Shown here: positions 1 to 9,505 of the stretch, one piece after another
Layout: the number at the start of each line of letters is the position of its first letter
Numbering within the stretch: position 1 is the stretch's first letter
IMG/VR virus record: IMGVR_UViG_3300049571_000258
Location: 6,186 to 70,185 of that record
Strand: one strand, 5' to 3'
DNA: 64,000 nt
Origin: a virus
Taxonomy: Duplodnaviria; Heunggongvirae; Uroviricota; Caudoviricetes
Made by a program: the position numbers and the translations under genes
The notes under the pieces: generated by a model
Databases searched by the model: none
Seen by the model: the letters and a program-made list of their open reading frames with translations, nothing else
What the model was told of the DNA's origin: nothing

Positions 1-1
1 C

Positions 2-3000
2 AACACGTGGGTGGGCCTGATCTCGGCGCCCTCAGCGCCGGACGCGCCGGTCCTGACGGCCACGCCGGGCGATGGGCAGGTGTCGCTGGAGTGGACCGCG
101 GTGGACGGCGCCGTTGGCTACACGGTGTACCGCGACGATGTCGACGTTCACGAGACGACCGACACGGAGTGGGTCGACACCGGCCTGACCAACGGGGTCG
201 AGTACGACTACTACGTCACAGCCAACGACGGCACGCTGGAGAGCGACCCGTCGAACATCGAGTCGGTCACGCCGGAGGCGCCACCCACACCGCCGACGGG
301 CGTCGTCGTCGACAACTTCGCTCGCGCCGACCAGAGTCCGATCTCCGGCGATTGGCAGAGCAACCCATCGGGCTTGGGTGCCACGCGCCTCGTGAGCAAC
401 GCGCTGGCTTCGACGAGCACGTCCGGCGAGGCGGTCTACGCCGTCCCGATGAGCGGCGCGTCGAAGGTAGCGATGGGCGTCACGCTGAGCGTTGCGGGCG
501 ATTTCTACGTTGGCGTAACGAATACGCGCTCGGACCTGGTCGGCTACGTCGGTGGGTATGACGGCCTGTACCGCTTCGACGCCTCCGACGACTTCACGCA
601 GCTGGATGACACGGCAGTCACGCCGGAGGACGGCGACCAGTATTGGGTCACCTACGACCCGTCGAACGGCCGGGTGGAGTTTTGGCAGCTGCGCGACGCG
701 ACGTGGGCGCTGATCTCTAGCGCCACGGACACGACGTATGCGGCCACGTCGTTGTGGTACTCATGGCTGGGTCCGTGGGACACGCCGACGCGCATGGTCG
801 ACTTCGCGCAGCTGGCACCGACGGGCACGTACGAGACGACGGTCCTGGCGGAGTCGGGCCTGGTCGCCTACTGGCCGTTGGAGGATTCGGCGTTCCCGAT
901 GGTCGAGGAGACGGCGGCGGGCGGGATCGCCTCGATGGCGGTCTTGGCCGGGTCACCGGCCGCTGGCGCAGACCCCGTCATTGAGGGTGGCGCGAGTGCC
1001 GTCACGGTCCCGTCGGGCGCGTATCTGCGCGCGCCCGGCTCGGCGTTCAGCTACCCGACGCACGCGACGATCGAGTTCTGGGTGCGTGTCGAGAGCTTCG
1101 GGTCCACCACGATCTTCGTCAGCGTGTTCGGCACCCTTGAGGACCCCGACGACGTCATCTCGTTCTACGTCGCGATGGACTCCACCGGGCATGTGCGCGG
1201 CGAGGACTCCTTGCTCATCGACTCGTCTGCACTGGAGACGGGTGTCAACCATCATGTCGTCTACACCGGCAACGTTGACACGAGCACTCGCGCGCTGTAT
1301 GTCGACGGCGTCCTCGTGGACTCGGATACGGGGTTCTTCCCGGTGGCGTACACGGCGACGAGCTTCCGCATCGGCGCCACGTCGGCGCATGAGGAGTTCG
1401 TCATCGGACACCTTGCGGTCTATGACGAGGTGCTGGACGCTTCGACGATCCAGGCGCACTACTTCGCGGGTGTGGGCGCGGTCACGGTCGACAAGGACGG
1501 CGGTGTCTCGGGCGCTGGGTCGGTCGGTGGCACGTCGAGCGTGCCGGGGCCGGTCGACAAGACGGGTGGCGTTGGGGGCGTGGCGTCGCTGGGTGGCACG
1601 GCGACGTCGGGCGCGGTCGGCTACAACGGGTTCAGTTCGGCGGCTGGGATCCTACCCGACGAGACGTGGCGCCCGTTCTCCGACGATTCGCCATGGAACA
1701 TCGGTGATGTCCAGCGGCGCAAGAAGCACCCCAACAGCGACACGTACGTCTCCGCCTTCCTGGCTGCGGCCGACATCGCTGAGGGCACCGACACGTTCGA
1801 CGTGAGCCGCATCACGGTGAACTGGGCGGGCCATGACGTCTTCCACCCGATCTACTGGGCCGCCCTGTCTGATCCGCTCTACACGACCGATCGCTCGTCG
1901 GGCACCGATGAGGCCGACGGCCTGAGCATCCGCATGCCTCAGGGCGCGATGCCGGGCGATGGCGTGGACGGCCACCTCACGGTCATCGCGCCGGACGGCT
2001 CGGGCGTGGACCTGTGGCAGGCGGTCGTCAACCACACGACGCACACGATCTCCTACAGCATCGGGCGCCTGTTTGAGGTGGACGGCAACGGCACGGACGG
2101 CGGCGGCACCGCGGCGGGCTTCCCGTGCCTGGCCGGGCAGGTGCGCGCAGCTGAGCTAGAGGCGGGCGAGATCAACCACGCCCTGTTCATCACCTCGATC
2201 GTCGGCGCCAACGACACCGACACGAGCTTCGGCTTCGGCACGGTCGCGGGGTCGGGCGACGGTTCGCACGTGTACCCGGCCGACTCGGGTGACGCGGAGC
2301 AGAGCGCGCTGTCGGGGTCCAGCGGGCACACGTGGCCGCCGATGGGTTGCTGGGTGCGCATCAACCTCACCGAGTCGCAGGTCAACGCGCTGAGCATTCC
2401 GGCCTGGGAGAAGGCGATCCTGCACGCCCTGCGCGTCTACGGGGCGTACTTCGGCGACACCGGCGGCTCGGGCTTCGGCGTCTTCCAGTTCGAGTCCTCG
2501 CAGATGTACACGTCGATGGGCTTGGACGACCCGTACCTGGACTACGCCAACGCGCACGCCACCGGGCAGGACATCTCCGACTCCGGCGGCGTCAAGATCT
2601 TCGACCCCAACAACGCGAACATCGACTGGGCGAGCATCCTGGAGGTCGTCCTCCCGCCGAACTGGTACGTCTTCGACGACGTCGGCGTCTCTGGCGCCGG
2701 GTCGATGGGCGGCACGCATCAGGTCGACTTCGGCCTGACGGTCGACAAGACGGGCGGCCCGTCGGGCAGCGCGTCGATGGCCGCAGCGACAGAGGTGGAG
2801 GTCGACACCGGCGGCGGCATCACTGGTACCGGCGCATCCGGGGGTGCGGAGGCGATCGTCGTCGTGCGCTCGGGTGGCGTCAGCGGCGGTGGGTCCGTCG
2901 GCGGCGCGAATGCTGCGCAGCTGGCTAGGAGCGGGGGCGTCGCGGGCGCTGGCTCGATGGGCGGCACGCACGCGATCGAGGTGGCCGCGTCGGGCGGCCC

Positions 3001-4387
3001 CGCGGGCACCAGTGCGGTTGCGGGCACACGCACCGTCGAGGTGGAGCGGGACACCGGCGTGGTGGGCGAGGGCGCCATCGGGGCGACTTCGCAGGTGGCG
3101 CAGGCCTTCGACGTCTCCGGTGGCGCTGAGGGTGCTGGGTCGCTGGGGGCCGACCGCGCTCTCGATGTCCTCCTGGAGGGTGGCGTAGAGGCCACTGGGG
3201 CGCTCGGTGGCGCGTCGAGCACATCCCTGGCCAACGGCAAGACCGGCGGCCTGCACGCCGCCGCGGCGATGGCTGGCACGCACATCGTCGAGGTGGACCT
3301 GGACGGCGGCGTCGAGGGCGAGGGCGTCATCGGTGGCTCGCTCGTCGGGTCGCAGGTCATCGACGCGGAGGGCGGCGTCGAGGGCACCGGCGCGCTGGGC
3401 GGTACGGCGACGCACGATGTCATCAAGGGCGGCGGCGTGGAGGGCGCCGCGGCGACCGGGGGCGCTCGCGCGGTCGAGGTCGACCTGGATGGCGGCATGG
3501 CCTCGTTCCCCCAGTTGGGCGCCGACAGCGTCTTCGAAGTCGCGCGCGCTGGCGGCGTCCTAGGCGACGGCGCTACTAGCGGTACGCGTACGGTCGAGTT
3601 CGCCGACGAGGTCGGCCCGTCGGGCGAGGGGTCGCTGGGCGGCGACTCCGACACTCCCCTGTCGCAGCGCGGCGGCCCGTCGGGCGAGGCGTCCCTGGGC
3701 GCCGCACGCACCGTCGAGGCAGATGTCACGGGTGGCGCGAGTGCGGCGGGCGCTATGGGCGCCACGACAAGGGTGCTCGTCGACAAGGCGGGCGGCCCCG
3801 CTGGCGCCGCGGCGCTGGGCGGCACGAGTGGGCGAGCGCTCGACAAGACGGGCGGCCCGGCGGGCGCCGGGGCGATGTCGGCGACGCGCATGATCGAGGT
3901 CGTTCGCTCGGGCGGCACGAGCGCGCAGGGGTCGATCGGCATGTCGCCTCGTCACCTCACGGTCGACAAGGACGGCGGCGTGCACGCGGGCGCGCAGCTG
4001 GCCGGGGCGAACACCCTCGTGCGATCGCTCGGCGGCGGACCGGTCGGCAACGTCACACTGGGCGCCTCGCACACCGTGCAGGTCGTCAAGGCGGCGGGCG
4101 TCATCGCCACCGGGTCGCTGTCGGGCCACACCGGCGGCGACGAGAGCGGCCTATCCACGAGCGTGTCGCTGGGTGGCGCACACGAGGTCACGAACATCTA
4201 CTGGTTCGTACGCTCGGGCGGGATCGGCGCGCACGCGCGCATGGCGGAGGTGTTCGGGGGCGTCATCCCCGACGTCGCTGGCGTGCTGCGCGTCGTGTGG
4301 CCAGACAACAGGCACGAGACGAGCTACGCCGACAACTCGCATCAGGTCGAGTACGCCGACAACACGCATCAGGTCGAGTACGACTAG
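2..4387 (+). CDS. Giant virion accessory/fibre protein, 5'-truncated at the window edge: FN3, lectin-like and LamG-like domains, an unknown domain, long Gly-rich repeat stalk
   Basis: Frame is open to base 2. FN3-like 'LTATPGDGQVSLEWTAVDGAVGYTVYR'; LamG-like 'LVAYWPLED...TIEFWV...HHVVYT...LYVDG...LAVYDEVL'; many GGxxGxGxxGG repeats. Confidence 0.75.
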   Translation, partial: NTWVGLISAPSAPDAPVLTATPGDGQVSLEWTAVDGAVGYTVYRDDVDVHETTDTEWVDTGLTNGVEYDYYVTANDGTLESDPSNIESVTPEAPPTPPTGVVVDNFARADQSPISGDWQSNPSGLGATRLVSNALASTSTSGEAVYAVPMSGASKVAMGVTLSVAGDFYVGVTNTRSDLVGYVGGYDGLYRFDASDDFTQLDDTAVTPEDGDQYWVTYDPSNGRVEFWQLRDATWALISSATDTTYAATSLWYSWLGPWDTPTRMVDFAQLAPTGTYETTVLAESGLVAYWPLEDSAFPMVEETAAGGIASMAVLAGSPAAGADPVIEGGASAVTVPSGAYLRAPGSAFSYPTHATIEFWVRVESFGSTTIFVSVFGTLEDPDDVISFYVAMDSTGHVRGEDSLLIDSSALETGVNHHVVYTGNVDTSTRALYVDGVLVDSDTGFFPVAYTATSFRIGATSAHEEFVIGHLAVYDEVLDASTIQAHYFAGVGAVTVDKDGGVSGAGSVGGTSSVPGPVDKTGGVGGVASLGGTATSGAVGYNGFSSAAGILPDETWRPFSDDSPWNIGDVQRRKKHPNSDTYVSAFLAAADIAEGTDTFDVSRITVNWAGHDVFHPIYWAALSDPLYTTDRSSGTDEADGLSIRMPQGAMPGDGVDGHLTVIAPDGSGVDLWQAVVNHTTHTISYSIGRLFEVDGNGTDGGGTAAGFPCLAGQVRAAELEAGEINHALFITSIVGANDTDTSFGFGTVAGSGDGSHVYPADSGDAEQSALSGSSGHTWPPMGCWVRINLTESQVNALSIPAWEKAILHALRVYGAYFGDTGGSGFGVFQFESSQMYTSMGLDDPYLDYANAHATGQDISDSGGVKIFDPNNANIDWASILEVVLPPNWYVFDDVGVSGAGSMGGTHQVDFGLTVDKTGGPSGSASMAAATEVEVDTGGGITGTGASGGAEAIVVVRSGGVSGGGSVGGANAAQLARSGGVAGAGSMGGTHAIEVAASGGPAGTSAVAGTRTVEVERDTGVVGEGAIGATSQVAQAFDVSGGAEGAGSLGADRALDVLLEGGVEATGALGGASSTSLANGKTGGLHAAAAMAGTHIVEVDLDGGVEGEGVIGGSLVGSQVIDAEGGVEGTGALGGTATHDVIKGGGVEGAAATGGARAVEVDLDGGMASFPQLGADSVFEVARAGGVLGDGATSGTRTVEFADEVGPSGEGSLGGDSDTPLSQRGGPSGEASLGAARTVEADVTGGASAAGAMGATTRVLVDKAGGPAGAAALGGTSGRALDKTGGPAGAGAMSATRMIEVVRSGGTSAQGSIGMSPRHLTVDKDGGVHAGAQLAGANTLVRSLGGGPVGNVTLGASHTVQVVKAAGVIATGSLSGHTGGDESGLSTSVSLGGAHEVTNIYWFVRSGGIGAHARMAEVFGGVIPDVAGVLRVVWPDNRHETSYADNSHQVEYADNTHQVEYD
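4325..4378 (+). repeat. Two tandem 27-bp repeats (YADNxHQVE) at the C-terminus of the giant protein
   Basis: tacgccgacaactcgcatcaggtcgag followed by tacgccgacaacacgcatcaggtcgag. Confidence 0.9.
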
Positions 4388-4396
4388 CACCGGCGC

Positions 4397-4774
4397 GTGC
4401 ACGATCATGTGCGCATGTCCCTGCGCGCTGACTACTGCACAGTTGAGGCCGACGAGGATCCCGTCGCGATCACCCTGACAGACGCGACCGGTCCCGTGAG
4501 TCTGCCGGTCGGCACACAGGTCACGCTCTTGCTGCGCAACGCGGCCACGGGGGAGGCACAGACGTCGATCTCCTGCGAGGTCGAGGACGCCGGTAATGGG
4601 GACACCACCGGGCGCATCTCGTTCGTCGCGTCTTCGATCCCGGTGGGCGTCTACTACGCGCAGTACCGCGTCCTGTTCGCGCCCGCCTCACCCGACGAGC
4701 GCGAGGTCTTCTTCCCGCGCGGTGACAGCGGTCGCCCGTACGACGTGATCGAGATCACGGGCAATCTTCTGTAG
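4397..4774 (+). CDS. BppU-N-like baseplate-upper/fibre adaptor protein
   Basis: 'AITLTDATGPVSL..TQVTLLLRN...GRISF...VGVYYAQYRV' pattern; located among fibre genes. Confidence 0.55.
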   Translation: MHDHVRMSLRADYCTVEADEDPVAITLTDATGPVSLPVGTQVTLLLRNAATGEAQTSISCEVEDAGNGDTTGRISFVASSIPVGVYYAQYRVLFAPASPDEREVFFPRGDSGRPYDVIEITGNLL

Positions 4775-4806
4775 GTCTGGCGGGGGGGCGCCGTACCCTT
4801 TCGCCC

Positions 4807-5115
4807 ATGGCCGACGCGACCTATTCGAAGCAGCAGCTGATTAGCGGGGCGGTGGCGTTCTTCGGAGTCGAGCCGTACGTCGCCGCGGGCGCCCTGTACG
4901 CGCAGGACAATGACACGCGCCTCACATTGGCCGCCGCACAGGTGTTGATCGAGACCTTCCTGGGCGTCTCGATCACTCCGCCTACCACGCCGTCTCCGAC
5001 ACCGACATCGCGCGCTGTGCGTGTGTACGTCGGCACGGTCGAGCCGACGGGCACCGACTTCATCTGGTTCAAGGCGGATGACTCGGGCGACATCATCGAC
5101 ATCCTGAGGGGGTGA
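4807..5115 (+). CDS. YqzN/YkzM-like small structural protein with Pro/Thr linker (paralogue of 17105-17329)
   Basis: 'YSKQQLISGAVAFFGVEPYVAAGAL' aligns with 'YSHERLVAESEAFLGVPKHVVAGAL'. Confidence 0.6.
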   Translation: MADATYSKQQLISGAVAFFGVEPYVAAGALYAQDNDTRLTLAAAQVLIETFLGVSITPPTTPSPTPTSRAVRVYVGTVEPTGTDFIWFKADDSGDIIDILRG

Positions 5116-5118
5116 GTC

Positions 5119-5346
5119 ATGGCCGACTCGATCTTCAAGCACGGCGCAGCGGGGACGACGGATGACCCGCTCGTGGTGGCAACGGAAAGCGGCGTCCCGC
5201 TTTCCGTCAAAGGCGTGCCCGACACCATCAGCGCCACCACCTACGACGCCAGCGGGAACCTCACCGCCTGGACGCAGAACGGCGTCGCCTACGAGGCGAC
5301 CTACGATGCGGACGGCAACCTGTTGACGCAGGGTCCGGCGTCGTGA
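5119..5346 (+). CDS. Small structural protein with YD-like motif
   Basis: 'TYDASGNLT...TYDADGNLL' repeats; abuts its neighbours. Confidence 0.55.
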   Translation: MADSIFKHGAAGTTDDPLVVATESGVPLSVKGVPDTISATTYDASGNLTAWTQNGVAYEATYDADGNLLTQGPAS

Positions 5347-7472
5347 GCGACCTGCTGTTGCTCAACCGGGCGCGGCAGCGCGCGAAGCGCGACGTTCGCC
5401 TGACATCGCCGGGCGAGCTGGCCAGCGGCGCCGCGGTCGGTGTCGGCGAGGATCTGCCGCCGGTGTCGCGGCTGTTGGCCGAGACGATCAGCGCGTCTTC
5501 GCTGCGCAAAATCGGGATGGTGACGGCGCCGTGCCGGGTCGCGTCCGTGATGCTGGCCGTCGACTCCGACGTGGCGTCCAGCGCGACCGACTACTGGGAC
5601 GTGTCGCTGGTGCAGTGGTCGGCCGTCACGCGCTATGACGAGGCGCGCCTGGTCGACACGTTCACCGATATCGAGGCTGCGGAGTATCCGCTGCCGTGGC
5701 GGTGGTGGCCGCCGTCTGACGCTGCCAACAACCTGTTCATCGGTTCCCCGGAGGGCGGGTCGCTGGCGCCGGGGTCGACGAGCGCGAACACCCGGACTGA
5801 GTACCGCCGCGACTTCAAGCAGGGCGACGGGAAGGCGACCGCGAAGTTCACCGCCCCGGTCGGCACCAACAACCTCTCGTTCGGCGTGGTGATCAAGGGC
5901 GTCGACGCCGACAACGGCCTGTACGCGCGGCTCAGCCTCTCGTCGGGGTCGACGCAGACGCTGCGGATCTACAAGCGCGTGGCGGGCAGCGATACGCAGC
6001 TCGCGACGGCGAACCTCACCAACCAGCTCGCCAACGGCAGCCACGACGTGTGGGTGCAGCTCGCGATCGCGGGCAACGACCTGACCGCGAAGTACTTCAC
6101 CGGCGATCCGGACACCAACAGCGCGGAGAACACCGTCACGTACACTCTGACGGGCGACGACATCACCGCGTTCGGGTCCGGGGTGACGGGCTACACGGGG
6201 CTGCGCGCGGTCACCAACAGCGACGGCGCCGGGCTGCGCGTGCTTGAGTTCCGTGCGAGCAGCCCCCGGGTGAAGCAGCCGACTCCGATCATCACGAAGT
6301 CGTCGGGGCCACCGGCTGGGACGAGCGGCGTCAACGGCCAGTTTGGGGAGGCGATGACCGCCAACCAGCGTTGGACGTTCGAGGCGCTGGACTTCGACGA
6401 GGACTACCGCGATCTGCGGGAGGGGTCGATCCTGGGGGTGCGCTTCACGAAGGTCGGGTCCCCCGCTGATCTCGTCAACCCGCTGGTCACGGTCGGCATC
6501 GTGCCGCAGAACGAGAAGCCGCAGATCCCGGCCCGGTCAGCGGTGACGATCCAGTTCATCGGCGACACCCACCTCGCCGCGTCGGACAACTTCAACCGCA
6601 CGTACACGCGCGCGCAGGCGCTCCTGGATGACCTCGCCTCGGGTGCGTGCCCGGTCCCGCACGCCCGGTTGCATGTGGGGGACCTCGTCGACATCGGCGA
6701 CGGCCGTTACGACGCGACGGCGGTGCCGTTCATCGACCAGTTGCCGGAGGATCTGAACGGCAACACCGGCATCGACGGCCTGTCGGTCGGCAACCACGAC
6801 ACGACCGCCGGGACCGGGGCGCAGGACCGCACCGGCCTTGAGGCGCTGGTCGCGTACGGGTTCGACGAGGACAGCGTCAACTACACGCGCACCTACGGCA
6901 ACGTGAAGGTGATCATCCTCGGGATCGATCACTGGCCCGACGACACCGTCAGCAAGATGGTCTACGAGTCGGGCACCTTGACGTTCCTCGACGACGAGCT
7001 GTCCGTCGCGGACGGTGCGGGGCAGATCGCCGTGGTGATGGCGCATGCGCCGCTGTACGGCAGCGTGATCAACCGTGTCGCCGGGCCGGTGATCGACAAC
7101 AGCACCTACACCGACTCGCGCAGCACCGGCCGCTTCGCACAAGCCGCCGACGCGGACACCGACAGCCAGTCGTTCCTCACCATCCTCGACGACCACCCGT
7201 CCGCGAAAATGTGGGTATCTGGGCACACGCATAGCAGCATCGACGACATCAACATCGTCGGCACGCTCGACATCGGCACGCGGGAGATCGTCACGCTCAA
7301 CGCCGGGGCGACGCACCGGACCAACCCGGCGGTGAGTCCGTCGAACCCGGTGTGGACGCCGTGGGTGACGTTCCATCCCGACCGCATCGAGGTCCGGTTC
7401 CGCAACCACGGCCTCGGCCGTTGGTGGGGGCCGGACGGCCAGCGGGTGCTGTCGTTCGACATGCCCGAGTAG
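5343..7472 (+). CDS. Virion-type beta-sandwich protein with C-terminal calcineurin-like metallophosphoesterase
   Basis: Ordered motifs GDTH, GDLVD, GNHD, AHAPL, GHTH in the C-terminal ~310 aa; GTG start overlaps the upstream stop. Confidence 0.8.
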   Translation: MSDLLLLNRARQRAKRDVRLTSPGELASGAAVGVGEDLPPVSRLLAETISASSLRKIGMVTAPCRVASVMLAVDSDVASSATDYWDVSLVQWSAVTRYDEARLVDTFTDIEAAEYPLPWRWWPPSDAANNLFIGSPEGGSLAPGSTSANTRTEYRRDFKQGDGKATAKFTAPVGTNNLSFGVVIKGVDADNGLYARLSLSSGSTQTLRIYKRVAGSDTQLATANLTNQLANGSHDVWVQLAIAGNDLTAKYFTGDPDTNSAENTVTYTLTGDDITAFGSGVTGYTGLRAVTNSDGAGLRVLEFRASSPRVKQPTPIITKSSGPPAGTSGVNGQFGEAMTANQRWTFEALDFDEDYRDLREGSILGVRFTKVGSPADLVNPLVTVGIVPQNEKPQIPARSAVTIQFIGDTHLAASDNFNRTYTRAQALLDDLASGACPVPHARLHVGDLVDIGDGRYDATAVPFIDQLPEDLNGNTGIDGLSVGNHDTTAGTGAQDRTGLEALVAYGFDEDSVNYTRTYGNVKVIILGIDHWPDDTVSKMVYESGTLTFLDDELSVADGAGQIAVVMAHAPLYGSVINRVAGPVIDNSTYTDSRSTGRFAQAADADTDSQSFLTILDDHPSAKMWVSGHTHSSIDDINIVGTLDIGTREIVTLNAGATHRTNPAVSPSNPVWTPWVTFHPDRIEVRFRNHGLGRWWGPDGQRVLSFDMPE

Positions 7473-7535
7473 CCCGCTTTGCCCGCCAAAGCGTGACTCG
7501 GCAGATGACTCGCGTCGCGTGAGGAGTGGAACTTC

Positions 7536-7664
7536 GTGCGCAAGATCATCGACCACATCGACCGGATCACGTACTGGCCACAGTTCTTGTGCGCGGAGGT
7601 GATGAAACGTGGATTCGCTGAGGTGGACCGTCGCCGTCTTGCGCGAAAGTGCAAGAACCGGTAG
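7536..7664 (+). CDS. Small hypothetical protein (42 aa, MRKIIDHIDRITYWPQF...)
   Basis: GAGGAG RBS before a GTG; below the ORF-track size cutoff. Confidence 0.4.
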   Translation: MRKIIDHIDRITYWPQFLCAEVMKRGFAEVDRRRLARKCKNR

Positions 7665-7775
7665 GATCCTGGTCGTCATGCTTCTGCGCGCGCTACGAGA
7701 TCGCACCGCCGTCGCCATCAGGCGATGGCATCTGCCGCGCTAGCGCGAGCTTGACGCCTGCGCTAGCGCCTCCAC

Positions 7776-7847
7776 GCCGACGTGGCGCAGTGGTAGCGCG
7801 GCTCCTTGTCAGGGAGAAGGTCGGGGGTTCGAATCCCCTCGTTGGCG
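7776..7847 (+). tRNA. tRNA-Asp(GTC)
   Basis: Acceptor gccgacg/cgttggc; D-arm gcgc-agtggta-gcgc; loop ttGTCag (7806-7812); T-arm ggggg-ttcgaat-cccct. Confidence 0.9.
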
Positions 7848-7865
7848 CCTCTCAGCAGTTCCCAT

Positions 7866-7934
7866 GCCCGAGTGCGCCCGGGGCGCGACTGGTCTCCAAA
7901 GCCGGTTGGCTGGGTCCGACTCCTAGCTCGGGTG
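7866..7934 (+). tRNA. tRNA-Trp(CCA), atypical: shortened D-arm, TCCGACT T-loop
   Basis: Acceptor gcccgag/ctcgggt; anticodon arm ctggt-ctCCAaa-gccgg; T-arm ctggg-tccgact-cctag. Confidence 0.7.
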
Positions 7935-7936
7935 CT

Positions 7937-8010
7937 GCGGTCGATGCCGAAGTGGCCGAGGCTCTGCGTTGTGGGCGCAGCACCAGCGGGTTCGAGTCCC
8001 GCCGATCGCC
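7937..8010 (+). tRNA. tRNA-His(GTG)
   Basis: Acceptor gcggtcg/cgatcgc with C discriminator; anticodon arm ctgcg-ttGTGgg-cgcag; T-arm gcggg-ttcgagt-cccgc. Confidence 0.85.
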
Positions 8011-8146
8011 TATGTAGCGCACGACGCGCGTGCCTCGGACGCGGCCAGTTTCGGCCGCGTCCACCCCCTTCATCCAGGGCCGTCCAGCCCTGTGCGCTCG
8101 ATTCGATGTGGTGGGCGCTCGATGTGCGCTTACCCTTCCGGTCGAG

Positions 8147-9472
8147 ATGGAGCACAACCTGGAACTGCACGAGTCCACGCTTGTCGTGGAGGAGGGTGCG
8201 TCGGCGATCCAGCCCGACGGCACAGTCCTGATGCATGTGATCCGCCCCGGTCTCGGGCGCGGTCGCGGCAAGCACCTCTACGAGGCCAAGATGCTCTCGG
8301 AGAACGCGCACAAGTTCACGGGGTGGAAGATGTACGTCAACCACCTCTCACCCGAGGCCAAGCGCGCCGCGGGTGGACTGCCGCGTGACGTGCGGGACCT
8401 GGGAGGGCGCATCGTCGAGTCGTGGTGGGACCCCAGCGTCCCCGGCGACGACCGCTTCGGTCAGGGCGCAGTCGTCGCCCGCGCCAAGCCAACCCCCTTC
8501 ATCCGGGACCTGATCGAGAACGACCCCGAGATCGTGGAGGCTTCCATCTCCGCGACCGCGACGGGCGTTCGTCCCGGCCAGCACGCCGGTGCGCGCTGCT
8601 GGATCGTCGAGGGCATCGAGGACCGTGGCTCGGTCGACTGGGTCACAGAAGCCGGTGCCGGTGGCAAGGTCGTCTCCCTCCTGGAGGCGGCGATGGAGCA
8701 CGACGAGGAGGGTCGCATCGCCCTGCTCGCGTCGATGACGGACGAGGAGTTCGTCGACTACATGAAGCGCGAGCGGCCGAACGCGGCCGAGCGTGTCGTC
8801 CGAGAGTCCGAGGAGGACCCCGTGGAGATCACCCCCGAGATGCTGACGGAGGCGCTGGCCGACGAGGGTCTGCGCAACACGCTCCTGTCCGCGCTCAACG
8901 TCAACACCCTGGTCGAGGCCGCCGTCGAGACCGCCGTCGAGAAGGCGCTGGAGGAGGCCGGGCAGGAGTGGCAGGAGCAGCTGCCGCAGCTGCTGGAGGC
9001 CGCCCTGGAGACCGAGCGCGCGCTCATCCGCGCGACGGCTCGCGCCGACGCGGACCGCCGCGTCCAGATCACCGAGATGCGCAGCACCGCGCACAAGCTC
9101 GCCGAGGCGGCCAAGCTGCCGTCGGGCAAGCCGCTGCCGGAGCGCTTCGTCCAGGAGATCAAGGAGCACTTCGACATCGTCGAGGGCGAGCCGACCCCGG
9201 CCCTGAACGTGGTCGACGACATCGACGACAACGGCGAGGTGACCAAGAAGGCCGAGGACAAGCTGACCGAGGCGGTCGAGGCCGAGGTCAAGAAGGCGAT
9301 CGAACTGGTCGCCGCGGCGAACCCCGCCCGCGTGCGCGGCCAGGGTCCGTCGGTCCAGGAGGGCGAGGAGGGCGCCAAGGGCGGCGCGGTCGCCAAGGGC
9401 AGCCTCCTGGAGTCCCTGTTCACCGAGGCCGGGTTCGAGGACCCGTCGAAGGTCTACGACCTGTCCGCGTAG
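8147..9472 (+). CDS. Prohead protease/scaffold fusion
   Basis: N-terminal 'HVIRPG.G.G..YEAKML...MYVNH...SVDWVTEAGAGG' protease-like region, then an acidic helical scaffold; directly upstream of the capsid genes; start uncertain (ORF open from 8030). Confidence 0.8.
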   Translation: MEHNLELHESTLVVEEGASAIQPDGTVLMHVIRPGLGRGRGKHLYEAKMLSENAHKFTGWKMYVNHLSPEAKRAAGGLPRDVRDLGGRIVESWWDPSVPGDDRFGQGAVVARAKPTPFIRDLIENDPEIVEASISATATGVRPGQHAGARCWIVEGIEDRGSVDWVTEAGAGGKVVSLLEAAMEHDEEGRIALLASMTDEEFVDYMKRERPNAAERVVRESEEDPVEITPEMLTEALADEGLRNTLLSALNVNTLVEAAVETAVEKALEEAGQEWQEQLPQLLEAALETERALIRATARADADRRVQITEMRSTAHKLAEAAKLPSGKPLPERFVQEIKEHFDIVEGEPTPALNVVDDIDDNGEVTKKAEDKLTEAVEAEVKKAIELVAAANPARVRGQGPSVQEGEEGAKGGAVAKGSLLESLFTEAGFEDPSKVYDLSA

Positions 9473-9505
9473 GCGCGGCAGCACCACGAGAAGAGGCATA
9501 GGCAA

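Noticed and set aside
7714-7769. Palindromes (gccatc/gatggc; GCGCTAGCGC twice) and TTGACG upstream of the tRNAs
   Set aside because: No correctly spaced -10; short GC-rich palindromes are expected by chance.
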